Part shown: positions 1 to 8,513 of the stretch, one piece after another
How positions within the stretch are numbered: position 1 is the first letter of the stretch
How the letters are laid out: the number at the start of each line of letters is the position of its first letter
Assembly: GCA_034439715.1 (NCBI GenBank)
Contig: JAWXAY010000026.1
Location: 1-24,344 of the forward strand
Reading direction: 5' to 3'
DNA: 24,344 nucleotides
Origin: Pseudomonadota bacterium
GTDB taxonomy: Bacteria; Bdellovibrionota; Bdellovibrionia; Bdellovibrionales; SG-bin7
Program-made: the position numbers and the translations under genes
The notes under the pieces: generated by a model
What the model was told of the DNA's origin: nothing
The model's input: only the letters and a program-made list of their open reading frames with translations
Database searches by the model: none

Positions 1-411
1 CACGCTACCTATAACCTGAGAAAACTTATCGCACCAACCTGAATAATAAACAAAAGCATCAATGGCATCGTCAACTGCGGTATTAGCGTCAGAATTATTC
101 GCACCCAAGGTTGACATTAAAATCTCTACAATCTCAAGACGCTTACCTTCCGCCATCTCCGCCATACGGTACAATACTTGGCTGCGGTTAAAGGCACTTT
201 TGGATTCCCAACCTTTCAGCGCGTCTTTAGCCGCTGTGACAGCATTTCTAAAATCTTTTCTCGAGGCGAGACAAAGATTTGCGTAAATTTTCTGGGACCC
301 AAAATAATTAACAGGAAAGCTTCGGCCTGACTCAGTCCTTGGGAGTTCTCCTCCTATAAAAAGTTTTATCGTCTTTGGCACTTTAACAATATTGGATGAA
401 AGGCCTGACAT
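1..411 (-). CDS. Aldehyde dehydrogenase family protein, second ALDH of the deoC operon (3' end outside window)
   Basis: Not in the ORF track; translated by hand from ATG at 411: MSGLSSNIVKVPKTIKLFIGGELPRTESGRSF...ASRKDFRNAVTAA...FNRSQVLYRMAEMAEG...YYSGWCDKFSQVIGSV. The ATG overlaps the upstream TAA (TAATG). Confidence 0.88.
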   Translation of the reverse strand, partial: MSGLSSNIVKVPKTIKLFIGGELPRTESGRSFPVNYFGSQKIYANLCLASRKDFRNAVTAAKDALKGWESKSAFNRSQVLYRMAEMAEGKRLEIVEILMSTLGANNSDANTAVDDAIDAFVYYSGWCDKFSQVIGSV

Positions 412-1898
412 TAGCGCACCTCCAAGTAAGAAAACAACCCATGGCGTCCGCCCTCTCGGCCAAAACCACTCTCGAAATAGCCACCAAAAGGCGAAGTGGG
501 GTCAAATTTATTGTAGGTGTTGGCCCAAATCACTCCCGCTTTTAATTGGGAAGCCACTTGATGAATTTTTGAACCCTTTTCGCTCCAAATACCCGCCGCC
601 AATCCATATTGAGTGTCGTTCGCTTTCAAGATCGCCTCTTGAGGAGTCCTAAAGGTAGAAATTGAAAGTACTGGGCCAAATATTTCTAAGCGGCAAACCG
701 AATTGCTTGAGGCCACATTGTTAAAAAAACACGGCCTATGAAAATATCCTTTTTTCGGAAGAGTTATATTTTCAGGGGTAAAAAACTCAAGGCCCTGTTT
801 CTTTCCGTCTTCAACCAGAGCTTCAATTGTACTCAGCTGCTCCAAAGAGTTGATCGCCCCAATATCCGTATTCTTGTCGAGGGGATCACCGACACGAAGC
901 GAACCCATTCGATACTTTAATTTTTCAACAAATGTTTTAGCGATTGATTCTTCGACCAATAATCTGGAGCCGGCACAACACACATGTCCTTGATTAAAAA
1001 ATATTCCATTGATGACTCCTTCAACTGCCTGATCAATAGCTGCGTCTTCAAACACAATGTGAGCGCTCTTTCCACCTAACTCCAAAGTAAGTTTTTTATG
1101 AGTGCTCGCCAAATTTAAAGCAATTTTTTTACCGATATCGGTTGAGCCCGTAAAAGCGACTTTGTTAACATCGGGATGACTAACAAGTGCGGCACCGGTT
1201 TCTCCCGCACCAGTAACGATATTCACGACTCCTGGCGGCAGTCCGGCTTCTTCAAAAATCTCAGCCAAGAGAAGGGCCGAAAGAGACGTTTGTTCAGCAG
1301 GTTTTAATACGACCGTATTGCCACAGGCGAGCGCCGGAGCAATCTTCCAGGCCGCCATCATGAGCGGAAAGTTCCACGGAATAACTTGTCCTGCCACACC
1401 AAGAGAAGTCACCGACTTGCCCGGGAATGCATATTCCAATTTATCGGCCCAGCCCGCATGATAAAAAAAGTGGGCGGCCGCCAAAGGAATATCAACGTCA
1501 CGCGATTCTTTTATTGGTTTGCCGTTATCCATGGTCTCCAGCACCGCCAACTCGCGCGCCCGTTCCTGCATGATGCGAGCAATTCTAAAAAGGTAACGAC
1601 CACGCTCCTTACCACTGAATTTTGACCAAGTTTTAGAGTAGGCCTCTCGAGCAGCCCGCACCGCGTGATCGACATCCTGTGCCGATGCTTCGGCGATTTC
1701 GGCCAGTGGCTCGCCCGTTGCCGGGTTGATGGATTTAAAGAATTTATTAGATTCAGGCTCGACAAACTTTCCATTAATATATAGGTGATTTTTTTTCTTG
1801 ATATTTACGATCTTAGTAGACTCAATTGAGGGGGCATAATCAAATTCCGTTTTCTTGGCATCCACACTAAGTTGACCCGAATCATTTTTATCTAACAT
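411..1898 (-). CDS. NAD-dependent aldehyde dehydrogenase (probably oxidises acetaldehyde made by DeoC)
   Basis: 495 aa; motifs IPWNFP, LKPAEQT, FTGSTDIG, LELGGKS (catalytic Glu), NQGHVCCAGSR (catalytic Cys), EIFGPV. Confidence 0.96.
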   Translation of the reverse strand: MLDKNDSGQLSVDAKKTEFDYAPSIESTKIVNIKKKNHLYINGKFVEPESNKFFKSINPATGEPLAEIAEASAQDVDHAVRAAREAYSKTWSKFSGKERGRYLFRIARIMQERARELAVLETMDNGKPIKESRDVDIPLAAAHFFYHAGWADKLEYAFPGKSVTSLGVAGQVIPWNFPLMMAAWKIAPALACGNTVVLKPAEQTSLSALLLAEIFEEAGLPPGVVNIVTGAGETGAALVSHPDVNKVAFTGSTDIGKKIALNLASTHKKLTLELGGKSAHIVFEDAAIDQAVEGVINGIFFNQGHVCCAGSRLLVEESIAKTFVEKLKYRMGSLRVGDPLDKNTDIGAINSLEQLSTIEALVEDGKKQGLEFFTPENITLPKKGYFHRPCFFNNVASSNSVCRLEIFGPVLSISTFRTPQEAILKANDTQYGLAAGIWSEKGSKIHQVASQLKAGVIWANTYNKFDPTSPFGGYFESGFGREGGRHGLFSYLEVR

Positions 1899-1907
1899 TT
1901 TTACCCC

Positions 1908-2837
1908 TCAATCTAGCGAGAAGACTTTGTCGTAAAAATAACGACCCGTCATTTCTTTGTAGATTTGCTTTAATAGATCATTTAGTAACACGCTGGCGCC
2001 AAATCTGAACATAAGGGGGCTCATCCAATCCCTACCCAGAGTCTCTGAAACCATACACAAATAGTGTACAGCCTGTTTGGCTGTGCGAATACCACCCGCC
2101 GGCTTCATGCCTATCTTCTTACCTGTTTTTTGGTAGTAATCCCTAATCGCCTGTAGCATCACGAGGGTCACCGGCATTGTGGCTGCGGGCTGAATTTTAC
2201 CGGTTGAGGTTTTTATAAAATCAGCTCCTGCAAGTAGGGCAATATCTGAGGCCAGACGCACATTCTCGAGAGTGCCCAATTCGCCGGTTTCTAAGATGAC
2301 CTTAAGGTGAGCGGGGCCACAAATTTCTTTGATCAATGAGATTTCATCAGAGACCTGATTGTAGTTTCCACTTAAAAAAGCACCGCGGTTTATGACCATG
2401 TCAATTTCTGTCGCCCCCTCACTCACCGCATATTTCACATCATCAGTTTTGGCATTCAAAGGAACTTGGCCTGACGGAAATGAAGTAGCCACACTAGCAA
2501 TTTGAATGTTTGTGCCCTTTAAACTTTTAACAGCGGTCGGCACCATTGCGGGATATACGCACACTGCGGCAACCTGAGGGATTGGCCTGAATCGGGGAAA
2601 CTTTGCCAATTCTTGAAAAACCATTCGCGGCACCGGCTCCATGGCCTTTTGGCAAAGTTGTTTCACTTTATTTTCAGTGTCGGCCCCTTCAAGTGTGGTT
2701 AAATCCACCATCGAAATGGCTAAGTAGAGCGCCTCTAATTTCGAATCCGCCTTAATGCTTCTTTTCGTAAATGAATTCGCGCGCTCGTTAATCCCGACTT
2801 CGTCAACGGGAACTCTAATTACTGAATCCCTATCCAT
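1908..2837 (-). CDS. deoC: Deoxyribose-phosphate aldolase (long form)
   Basis: 309 aa; DLTTLEGAD, EIDMVI, HLKVILETGEL, FIKTSTGK (Schiff-base Lys), GMKPAGGIR, RFGAS. GAGGA RBS upstream. Confidence 0.96.
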   Translation of the reverse strand: MDRDSVIRVPVDEVGINERANSFTKRSIKADSKLEALYLAISMVDLTTLEGADTENKVKQLCQKAMEPVPRMVFQELAKFPRFRPIPQVAAVCVYPAMVPTAVKSLKGTNIQIASVATSFPSGQVPLNAKTDDVKYAVSEGATEIDMVINRGAFLSGNYNQVSDEISLIKEICGPAHLKVILETGELGTLENVRLASDIALLAGADFIKTSTGKIQPAATMPVTLVMLQAIRDYYQKTGKKIGMKPAGGIRTAKQAVHYLCMVSETLGRDWMSPLMFRFGASVLLNDLLKQIYKEMTGRYFYDKVFSLD

Positions 2838-3086
2838 TTTACAGTCCTCTTACCTCTTACTCTTCCTTTTACACTTCTTTATCATGTATTCTCTTAAGGT
2901 GCCAGCCCCTAAACAAGTATCTCGCTGGGGTATTTGGAGAGCAACGAAAGGACATAAAGTCTTTAAATTTATCAGTTTTTCGAGGCGTTAGATCGAAGCC
3001 ATACCATTAAAGGGTACCAGTTTATCAAACGTAAGTCTGGACGGAGCTGGTCTTTACTTTTTTGCCCTAATTGGCTCTAATTAGGA

Positions 3087-4016
3087 ATGGATTTTAAACG
3101 CATCACTAGCCTTTTGGTTGTAGTGAATTTCACACTGTTAGCGTGCGTTAAGGGCCCGCCACAGAAAAATACTTCAAAGAAACCAACTAAATCTTTTAGC
3201 AGCTCCTTAACCAGCGAAAAAGTAGAAACAATTGAAGTCGTAAAAACACTTAAACTCGCCGCACCCGCTTTTAAAGAAGTCTTACCAAACCCCCCAAGAG
3301 CGGAGGCAAAAATCATGAGCCTCAAACAAATTTATGCGCGACCCAACTCACCCAAAGAAACCAACGTTTGGTTTTCGATAAATGAATTTCAACGTCCCGT
3401 ATGCATCATTACAGAGACGCAAAATGAATGTAGTCCCAAAATACCCAAAGAGTACCAGGGACTCGCTTTGGTAAATGCCATCCATTTTGCAAAGGGATAT
3501 TTTTTAGTCTACGGAAACAAAGCGGACGAAGGCCACCTGGTTCTAATGACCGATGAAGAAATTAAAAAGGCTGACTACGCTATTGATTTTTCAAGCTATT
3601 TAAATTCGCCTGATTTTTTACCGCCAAAAGATTTATCTATTAGCATGGGAATCAACTATTTAAAGCTTGAAGATGATATTTTGTACGTAAGCTATGGCCA
3701 CAAAACTTTTTCGAAACATACCAAAGGTAATAACTCGTTTTTAACGGCGCTAAAACTTCCTGAAGGCAAACCCCTTTGGCACTCCAAAACCCTGGTGGCT
3801 AACTCGGTCAATTTTATTACTTTGGGAGATTATTTAGTCGCAGGATACGGCTACACCAGCGAACCTGATTTTCTGTATCTTTTAAATAAGCGGACAGGAG
3901 CGGTCCATCAACAAATTGCCTTAAAAACTGGGCCCGAGTATATTGTCCATCGCGCAAATGAGGTCTATGTTCGTACTTACAACACCAACTATATTTTCGA
4001 AATTGAGCGGCAGTAA
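3087..4016 (+). CDS. Hypothetical lipoprotein, C-terminal half possibly beta-propeller-like
   Basis: 309 aa; signal peptide with lipobox-like LLAC; beta-rich repeats such as LTALKLPEGKPLWHS and LYLLNKRTGAV. Confidence 0.7.
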   Translation: MDFKRITSLLVVVNFTLLACVKGPPQKNTSKKPTKSFSSSLTSEKVETIEVVKTLKLAAPAFKEVLPNPPRAEAKIMSLKQIYARPNSPKETNVWFSINEFQRPVCIITETQNECSPKIPKEYQGLALVNAIHFAKGYFLVYGNKADEGHLVLMTDEEIKKADYAIDFSSYLNSPDFLPPKDLSISMGINYLKLEDDILYVSYGHKTFSKHTKGNNSFLTALKLPEGKPLWHSKTLVANSVNFITLGDYLVAGYGYTSEPDFLYLLNKRTGAVHQQIALKTGPEYIVHRANEVYVRTYNTNYIFEIERQ

Positions 4017-4111
4017 TAGGATCAAAGTCTAGTTTTAAGTCCTACCATACATTTGCTCCTAATATTTTTTGTAATTACTCCGATGAAAAAATAAAGGTTA
4101 GGAGCTTACAT

Positions 4112-4555
4112 ATGAAAAATATTATAAAGTTTTTAGGATTGTCTGTTTTACTGGTCGCCTTCAGTATCGCCTGTTCGTCAGAGGAAGAAGATATGGCTAG
4201 CAACCCGGAGTCTATGGATTCGGAAACTGTGGAGCTGAGCTCACACACGCCAGAAACCACAGATAAAGTGGATGTACCGGCCGAGGTCAGCAAAGCCGTA
4301 CATGACACCAAGGAGTCGTTCAAAAAGTCCAAAAAAATGGCGGCTGTAGATATGACTGATGGGAATTTCTTTTACCACGAAGTTAAAAGAGGCGAATGGC
4401 TAGGTAAAATTCTTCGTGAAAAAGATTTGAAGCCAATCTGGGGAGCAGGGAATTATGCTGAAACTATTGTAAAGTTAAATCCAGATGCCTTTGATAAAGA
4501 TGGCAATCTCAATCACGGCGCCAAAATTAAAATTCCGGCCCATTTAAGTAAATAA
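4112..4555 (+). CDS. LysM-domain lipoprotein
   Basis: SIAC lipobox, acidic linker, C-terminal HEVKRGEWLGKI...LNP...LNHGAKIKIP; AGGAG RBS. Confidence 0.8.
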   Translation: MKNIIKFLGLSVLLVAFSIACSSEEEDMASNPESMDSETVELSSHTPETTDKVDVPAEVSKAVHDTKESFKKSKKMAAVDMTDGNFFYHEVKRGEWLGKILREKDLKPIWGAGNYAETIVKLNPDAFDKDGNLNHGAKIKIPAHLSK

Positions 4556-4578
4556 ATTAAATATTTCCTAATTGATTC

Positions 4579-4610
4579 AAGGCACTCTCTAATTAGAGTG
4601 CCTTTTTTTT
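4579..4610 (+). terminator. Rho-independent terminator of the LysM gene
   Basis: AAGGCACTCT-ctaatt-AGAGTGCCTT perfect 10-bp stem running into a T tract. Confidence 0.88.
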
Positions 4611-4688
4611 GGGGCGACAAAGCGCCCCACTCTCACCGTCCAATTTGACCCATTTTTTCGTTAAAGATATTCCAAAGGGATTAACGAC

Positions 4689-4704
4689 TGGCCCAGATCT
4701 TGCC
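4689..4704 (+). promoter_or_regulatory. Candidate sigma-54 (-24/-12) promoter for the DksA/TraR gene
   Basis: TGGCCCAGATCTTGCC, GG-N10-GC spacing exact, about 30 bp before the ATG at 4736. Confidence 0.65.
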
Positions 4705-4735
4705 TTAGTGTCATCTAATTAAAGGAGCCAACACC

Positions 4736-5146
4736 ATGGGACACAAGAAGCCATATTATTCCACTACCGAGATTGCCGAAACCAGACTCAAATTAGAATC
4801 ACGCAAACAAGTCTTGATTCAAACGCAAGCGGACTACCAAGTCGAAGCTAAAACCGAGCCGCGTAAAGATATTCCTGATCTAGCCAATGAAGAAGTTAAG
4901 TTCAGTTTAGCCGCAAGCTTAGTTGGGTTTGAACAACAGCAGATTAAAGAGGTAGAGGGTGCCTTAAACCGCCTTAATAACGGCACTTACGGTTTTTGTG
5001 GGTCCTGTGATGAAGCTATCAACTCCAAACGCCTAAAGGCAATGCCAGAAGCACGGCTATGCATTATGTGTTCTCGGGCCCAAGAAGAGAGCCACGAAAA
5101 GGTGGGGAGAACTTCCAATATCTCTCGCAATATGAGCTGGGCCTAG
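4736..5146 (+). CDS. DksA/TraR family C4 zinc-finger transcription factor
   Basis: Coiled coil with DxxDxA tip (DIPDLA); GTYGFCGSC...RLKAMPEARLCIMC zinc finger; AAGGAG RBS. Confidence 0.92.
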   Translation: MGHKKPYYSTTEIAETRLKLESRKQVLIQTQADYQVEAKTEPRKDIPDLANEEVKFSLAASLVGFEQQQIKEVEGALNRLNNGTYGFCGSCDEAINSKRLKAMPEARLCIMCSRAQEESHEKVGRTSNISRNMSWA

Positions 5147-6050
5147 ATCCTATTATTTCAGAATAATTTAATGATTTATCTAAAAAATATTTTTCGCTGA
5201 GATATAGATCCTTGAATTGCGAGCCGTATAACTGAATTAAATTCGCTATTTCTTTGAGATCTTCATCTCTTGCAACAGTTACTTGAGAAACCAGATCAAG
5301 CGGTAAATCAAGCATTTTGTCGCTCTTTCGCTCCTTGATGGAGTTTGATACTAAAGCCAAGGCCAAACGCCAACGAGAAATTGATCCCGTCGTCTGTGAT
5401 TTCGTCATTTCAAAATTTATGAGACTACATATATACCCAGGAATAATTTTGAGAAATAAATGCCATGGGTGGTTTTGGAAGCCCAGTGAGAAAAATCGGG
5501 CGCCTAAAGCTCCGTCAATTAAAGCATACGGTCTGTCCTCATAGAATAAAACCCTGTCCCAAAGATTTCTCTCGTGGCAAAGCTCTAGGCCAGCGGCAAA
5601 AACCAATCTGTGATCGATATGTCCGCCAATTCCTAATGGAAGCAAAATCTCCTTTGGATTTTTATGTTCAATAACTTCCCACATCCGTCTTTTAATTTCT
5701 TCTCGAGTCGCCCCATCTTTCTGTTCAAAGCGCGTCACAATACCCAGCCAGTCCCGATAGACCAAACTTCGAAAAGGGGCATCCAAAAGTTGCCAATGGC
5801 TCACTTCGGCGCCAAGTTGATTGAGCGCTTTCCTGTCTTCACTGCGTCTGTCTTGATAACTGAATTTAGACCAACGGGATTTATTGTCGCTGGTCTTTTC
5901 TGTGGTCTTTTCTGTGGTCTTTTCTGTGGCTTCAGTAAAAACCGAGTCGACTCTTAAGGTCTTCCCCTCCCGCTTTTCTTTCAACATTTTTGCCACACAA
6001 GAAAGGACCGCATCATCTAAATGTGGTGAAAAATATAGTATTAGATCCAT
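5064..6050 (-). CDS. PIG-L/LmbE family deacetylase
   Basis: FSPHLDDAVLSC, RRSED, PLGIGGHIDH, FYEDRPYA, YGSQ, C-terminal ERYW. Confidence 0.9.
   Translation of the reverse strand: MDLILYFSPHLDDAVLSCVAKMLKEKREGKTLRVDSVFTEATEKTTEKTTEKTSDNKSRWSKFSYQDRRSEDRKALNQLGAEVSHWQLLDAPFRSLVYRDWLGIVTRFEQKDGATREEIKRRMWEVIEHKNPKEILLPLGIGGHIDHRLVFAAGLELCHERNLWDRVLFYEDRPYALIDGALGARFFSLGFQNHPWHLFLKIIPGYICSLINFEMTKSQTTGSISRWRLALALVSNSIKERKSDKMLDLPLDLVSQVTVARDEDLKEIANLIQLYGSQFKDLYLSEKYFLDKSLNYSEIIGSRPSSYCERYWKFSPPFRGSLLGPENT
5891..5929. repeat. In-frame 12-bp tandem repeat (TGGTCTTTTCTG x3.25) encoding (TEKT)3
   Basis: Three perfect units read directly from the sequence. Confidence 0.9.
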
Positions 6051-6133
6051 CCAATTAATTTTATACCGAATCCTTTTTATTCAAAGTAATTATTTCCTAA
6101 GTCTTTTAGTGCTTGATATATTAGCAATTTATT

Positions 6134-6149
6134 AGGTACAGAGTTTGCA
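6134..6149 (+). promoter_or_regulatory. Candidate sigma-54 promoter for the transglutaminase-like operon
   Basis: AGGTACAGAGTTTGCA, GG-N10-GC, close to the TGGCAC-N5-TTGCA consensus. Confidence 0.6.
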
Positions 6150-6180
6150 CCACCATATTTTGTTAGAATGATTTCTCGGT

Positions 6181-6191
6181 GGGGGGGGGGG
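6181..6191 (+). repeat. G11 homopolymer at the RBS position
   Basis: 11 G residues ending 4 nt before the ATG at 6196. Confidence 0.9.
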
Positions 6192-6195
6192 AACA

Positions 6196-7701
6196 ATGAC
6201 TCAACTATTCATCACGCTCTTACTAAGCTTTTCTGGACTTTTTTCTGGCACCTCATTAGCGGCCGGCCCTTTTTCAGACAAAGAGCTGCAAGATGAGCTC
6301 AACCAGTTTCGGAGCAACCCCAAACTTTTTTATAGCTCACTCCCTCCAAAAAAGGGCGCCCAATCTCAGTTAGTAGATAGCGGGCTTAAAGGCCGCAGAG
6401 TAAAACAAAACCAACGCGCTCAAATTATTTTGGCCTCAGATCCTTGGTTACGCCTTTCAAACCCTAATGGTAATGACCTTGCCCAAAATCTACTTGAAGA
6501 TGGCGCATTTATTTCTAATATTCAAAAGTTAGCAGACAGTGAACTTTTAAGCGGTGAAATAGATATCAAGCCCTGGTCAGACGACTATTGGCCATTTTAT
6601 AAGGGTGGACTGGCCTCACGCTACTCCGATGGTGCCTTTCCTCGCTCTCAAGACTGGCAAGAAAATTTTGACTACTATATGGCCCATCCCTTTTTTCCGA
6701 TTTTTGAAAGTGGTAGTGCACCAAGTATAAATTCACTCTCTCCTGCCGAGAAATATGACCTCGTCATTGGCGCCAAAGGCGGGGCGTTGACTTCTAAAAT
6801 GTGGAAAGAGGGCGCGGCCTATTATGCGGCGACTGGTAAAGTAGAATTTTGGATGGGAATTTGTCACGGCTGGGCTCCGGCAGCCTATATGCAAAAACGC
6901 CCACAAAAATCTGTTGAGGTCTTGGCATTTGACGGAAAAACCAAAATTAAATTTTACCCAGCTGATATTAAAGGTCTGACTTCGCTACTTTGGGCTAATG
7001 CTGCCACTCCCGTGAGATTTGTAGGGGGTCGTTGTAACGACGAAGACCCTAAGGTTGACAGTATGGGCCGTCCAACGAGTCCCGATTGTCTCGATACCAA
7101 TCCTGCGACCTGGCATCTTGCCATTACCAACCGAGTGGGAGTATCTAAGAAAAGTTTTATAATAGATGCCACTTATGACTATCAGGTTTGGAACCAACCT
7201 GTTACCTCTTACACTTACACCTACTTTAATCCTCAGACTTTGAATCTAACTTCGTCATTGGATAAAGCCATGATTCCTATTACTGATTTTTCCGAAGATA
7301 AATTCAAAAGCTATCGATCACAAGGAGTCAAATTTGTTGTTGGTATAAAAATGCAAACAACCTATCTCATTGAAAATAACCCCGAACAGCACGACGTCGA
7401 AGATCCCAACACCGATACTCATGCGACTGCGTCCTATACCTATGATTTAGAACTTGATGAAACGGGCAAAATCATAGGTGGAGAGTGGTACCGAAACCCC
7501 CACCCCGATTTTTTGTGGACGCCTACTAAAGACGCGCGCGCCATGGCTAAAAATGACTATTACCTTCTGGGTGAGCCCTTATGGGACGGTAAACAAGCTC
7601 TACCAAAAACCTGGCAAGACCACGGCAGAGAAAGTGCAACTAACGGACAACCGCTTTTAAAAATTATTGATAGTTTAATAACTTTAAGTTTAGAAAATTA
7701 A
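6196..7701 (+). CDS. Secreted transglutaminase-elicitor (Phytophthora GP42-like) family protein
   Basis: Signal peptide; PWSDDYWP, LSPAEKYD, WMGICHGW (catalytic Cys), DTNPATWH, VWNQPV, YDLELD...IIGGEW, HPDFLW. Confidence 0.85.
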   Translation: MTQLFITLLLSFSGLFSGTSLAAGPFSDKELQDELNQFRSNPKLFYSSLPPKKGAQSQLVDSGLKGRRVKQNQRAQIILASDPWLRLSNPNGNDLAQNLLEDGAFISNIQKLADSELLSGEIDIKPWSDDYWPFYKGGLASRYSDGAFPRSQDWQENFDYYMAHPFFPIFESGSAPSINSLSPAEKYDLVIGAKGGALTSKMWKEGAAYYAATGKVEFWMGICHGWAPAAYMQKRPQKSVEVLAFDGKTKIKFYPADIKGLTSLLWANAATPVRFVGGRCNDEDPKVDSMGRPTSPDCLDTNPATWHLAITNRVGVSKKSFIIDATYDYQVWNQPVTSYTYTYFNPQTLNLTSSLDKAMIPITDFSEDKFKSYRSQGVKFVVGIKMQTTYLIENNPEQHDVEDPNTDTHATASYTYDLELDETGKIIGGEWYRNPHPDFLWTPTKDARAMAKNDYYLLGEPLWDGKQALPKTWQDHGRESATNGQPLLKIIDSLITLSLEN

Positions 7702-7714
7702 AAGGAGAATTAAA

Positions 7715-8497
7715 ATGAATGTCATATTAGTTATGTCTGTATTTCTTTTTGGATTTCTGTCTGAATCGATCTATGCCGACAATGTCGGAAATAAAATAGA
7801 AGTCAGTATAGAAAAGGTCTATGTCTCCCCCACTGGTTATGATGACAATGATAACGTACAGCTTATCATCGATGGCATGTTTCCAAATCAGTGTTACCAA
7901 ATCGCCAATACTAACTTTAGTATAGATGAAGATAAAAAATCCATTTCCATTAGGCAGCTTGCCAGGCTCAAGGGAACCACTGACTGTCAAATGAACCCGC
8001 TGCCCGAGTACCTCAGCTACGCCACAAGATTTAGTTCAGAAATTAATTTAGGGTACTTGATGGCCGGTGAGTATACTGTGAATTATAAATCGCCGAGTGC
8101 GCAGAAAATGGAACGCAAGTTTAAAGTGGAGGCGGCAAAGTCAGACAGTACTGATGAAGCCATCTATGCTCCCGTCAGTGACGCCTTTATACCAGAGATG
8201 ATTTACGAAACTGCTAATGCTGAAATCATCCTCACAGGAGTATTGGAATCTTTGTGCCTGCAATGGAAACAAGTCGATATAGAAAGATTTGATGACATCA
8301 TTGTGGTCATGCCGAAAATGCAATTAATATCCACCCCTGCTCAGTGTCGTCAAAATCCAGAACCGTTAGAAAAAATCGTATCTTTGGGTGCAGTTAAAGA
8401 AGGACGATTTTTATTACACGTGCGATCTATGTCTGGCAAAGGCATCAATCGCATGTTCTCGGTGGTAAAAAAACCAGGCGATATGAGCGGCAAGTAA
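7715..8497 (+). CDS. Secreted hypothetical protein with two similar Cys-containing beta domains
   Basis: Signal peptide; IIDGMFPNQC...GEYTV and IILTGVLESLC...GRFLLHV; AAGGAG RBS; follows the upstream gene by 13 bp. Confidence 0.75.
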   Translation: MNVILVMSVFLFGFLSESIYADNVGNKIEVSIEKVYVSPTGYDDNDNVQLIIDGMFPNQCYQIANTNFSIDEDKKSISIRQLARLKGTTDCQMNPLPEYLSYATRFSSEINLGYLMAGEYTVNYKSPSAQKMERKFKVEAAKSDSTDEAIYAPVSDAFIPEMIYETANAEIILTGVLESLCLQWKQVDIERFDDIIVVMPKMQLISTPAQCRQNPEPLEKIVSLGAVKEGRFLLHVRSMSGKGINRMFSVVKKPGDMSGK

Positions 8498-8513
8498 AAT
8501 AAAAGACAGGGAC

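Noticed and set aside
62..920. Plus-strand ORFs 62-286, 392-652 and 738-920
   Set aside because: Antisense shadows of the two ALDH genes; no recognisable motifs.
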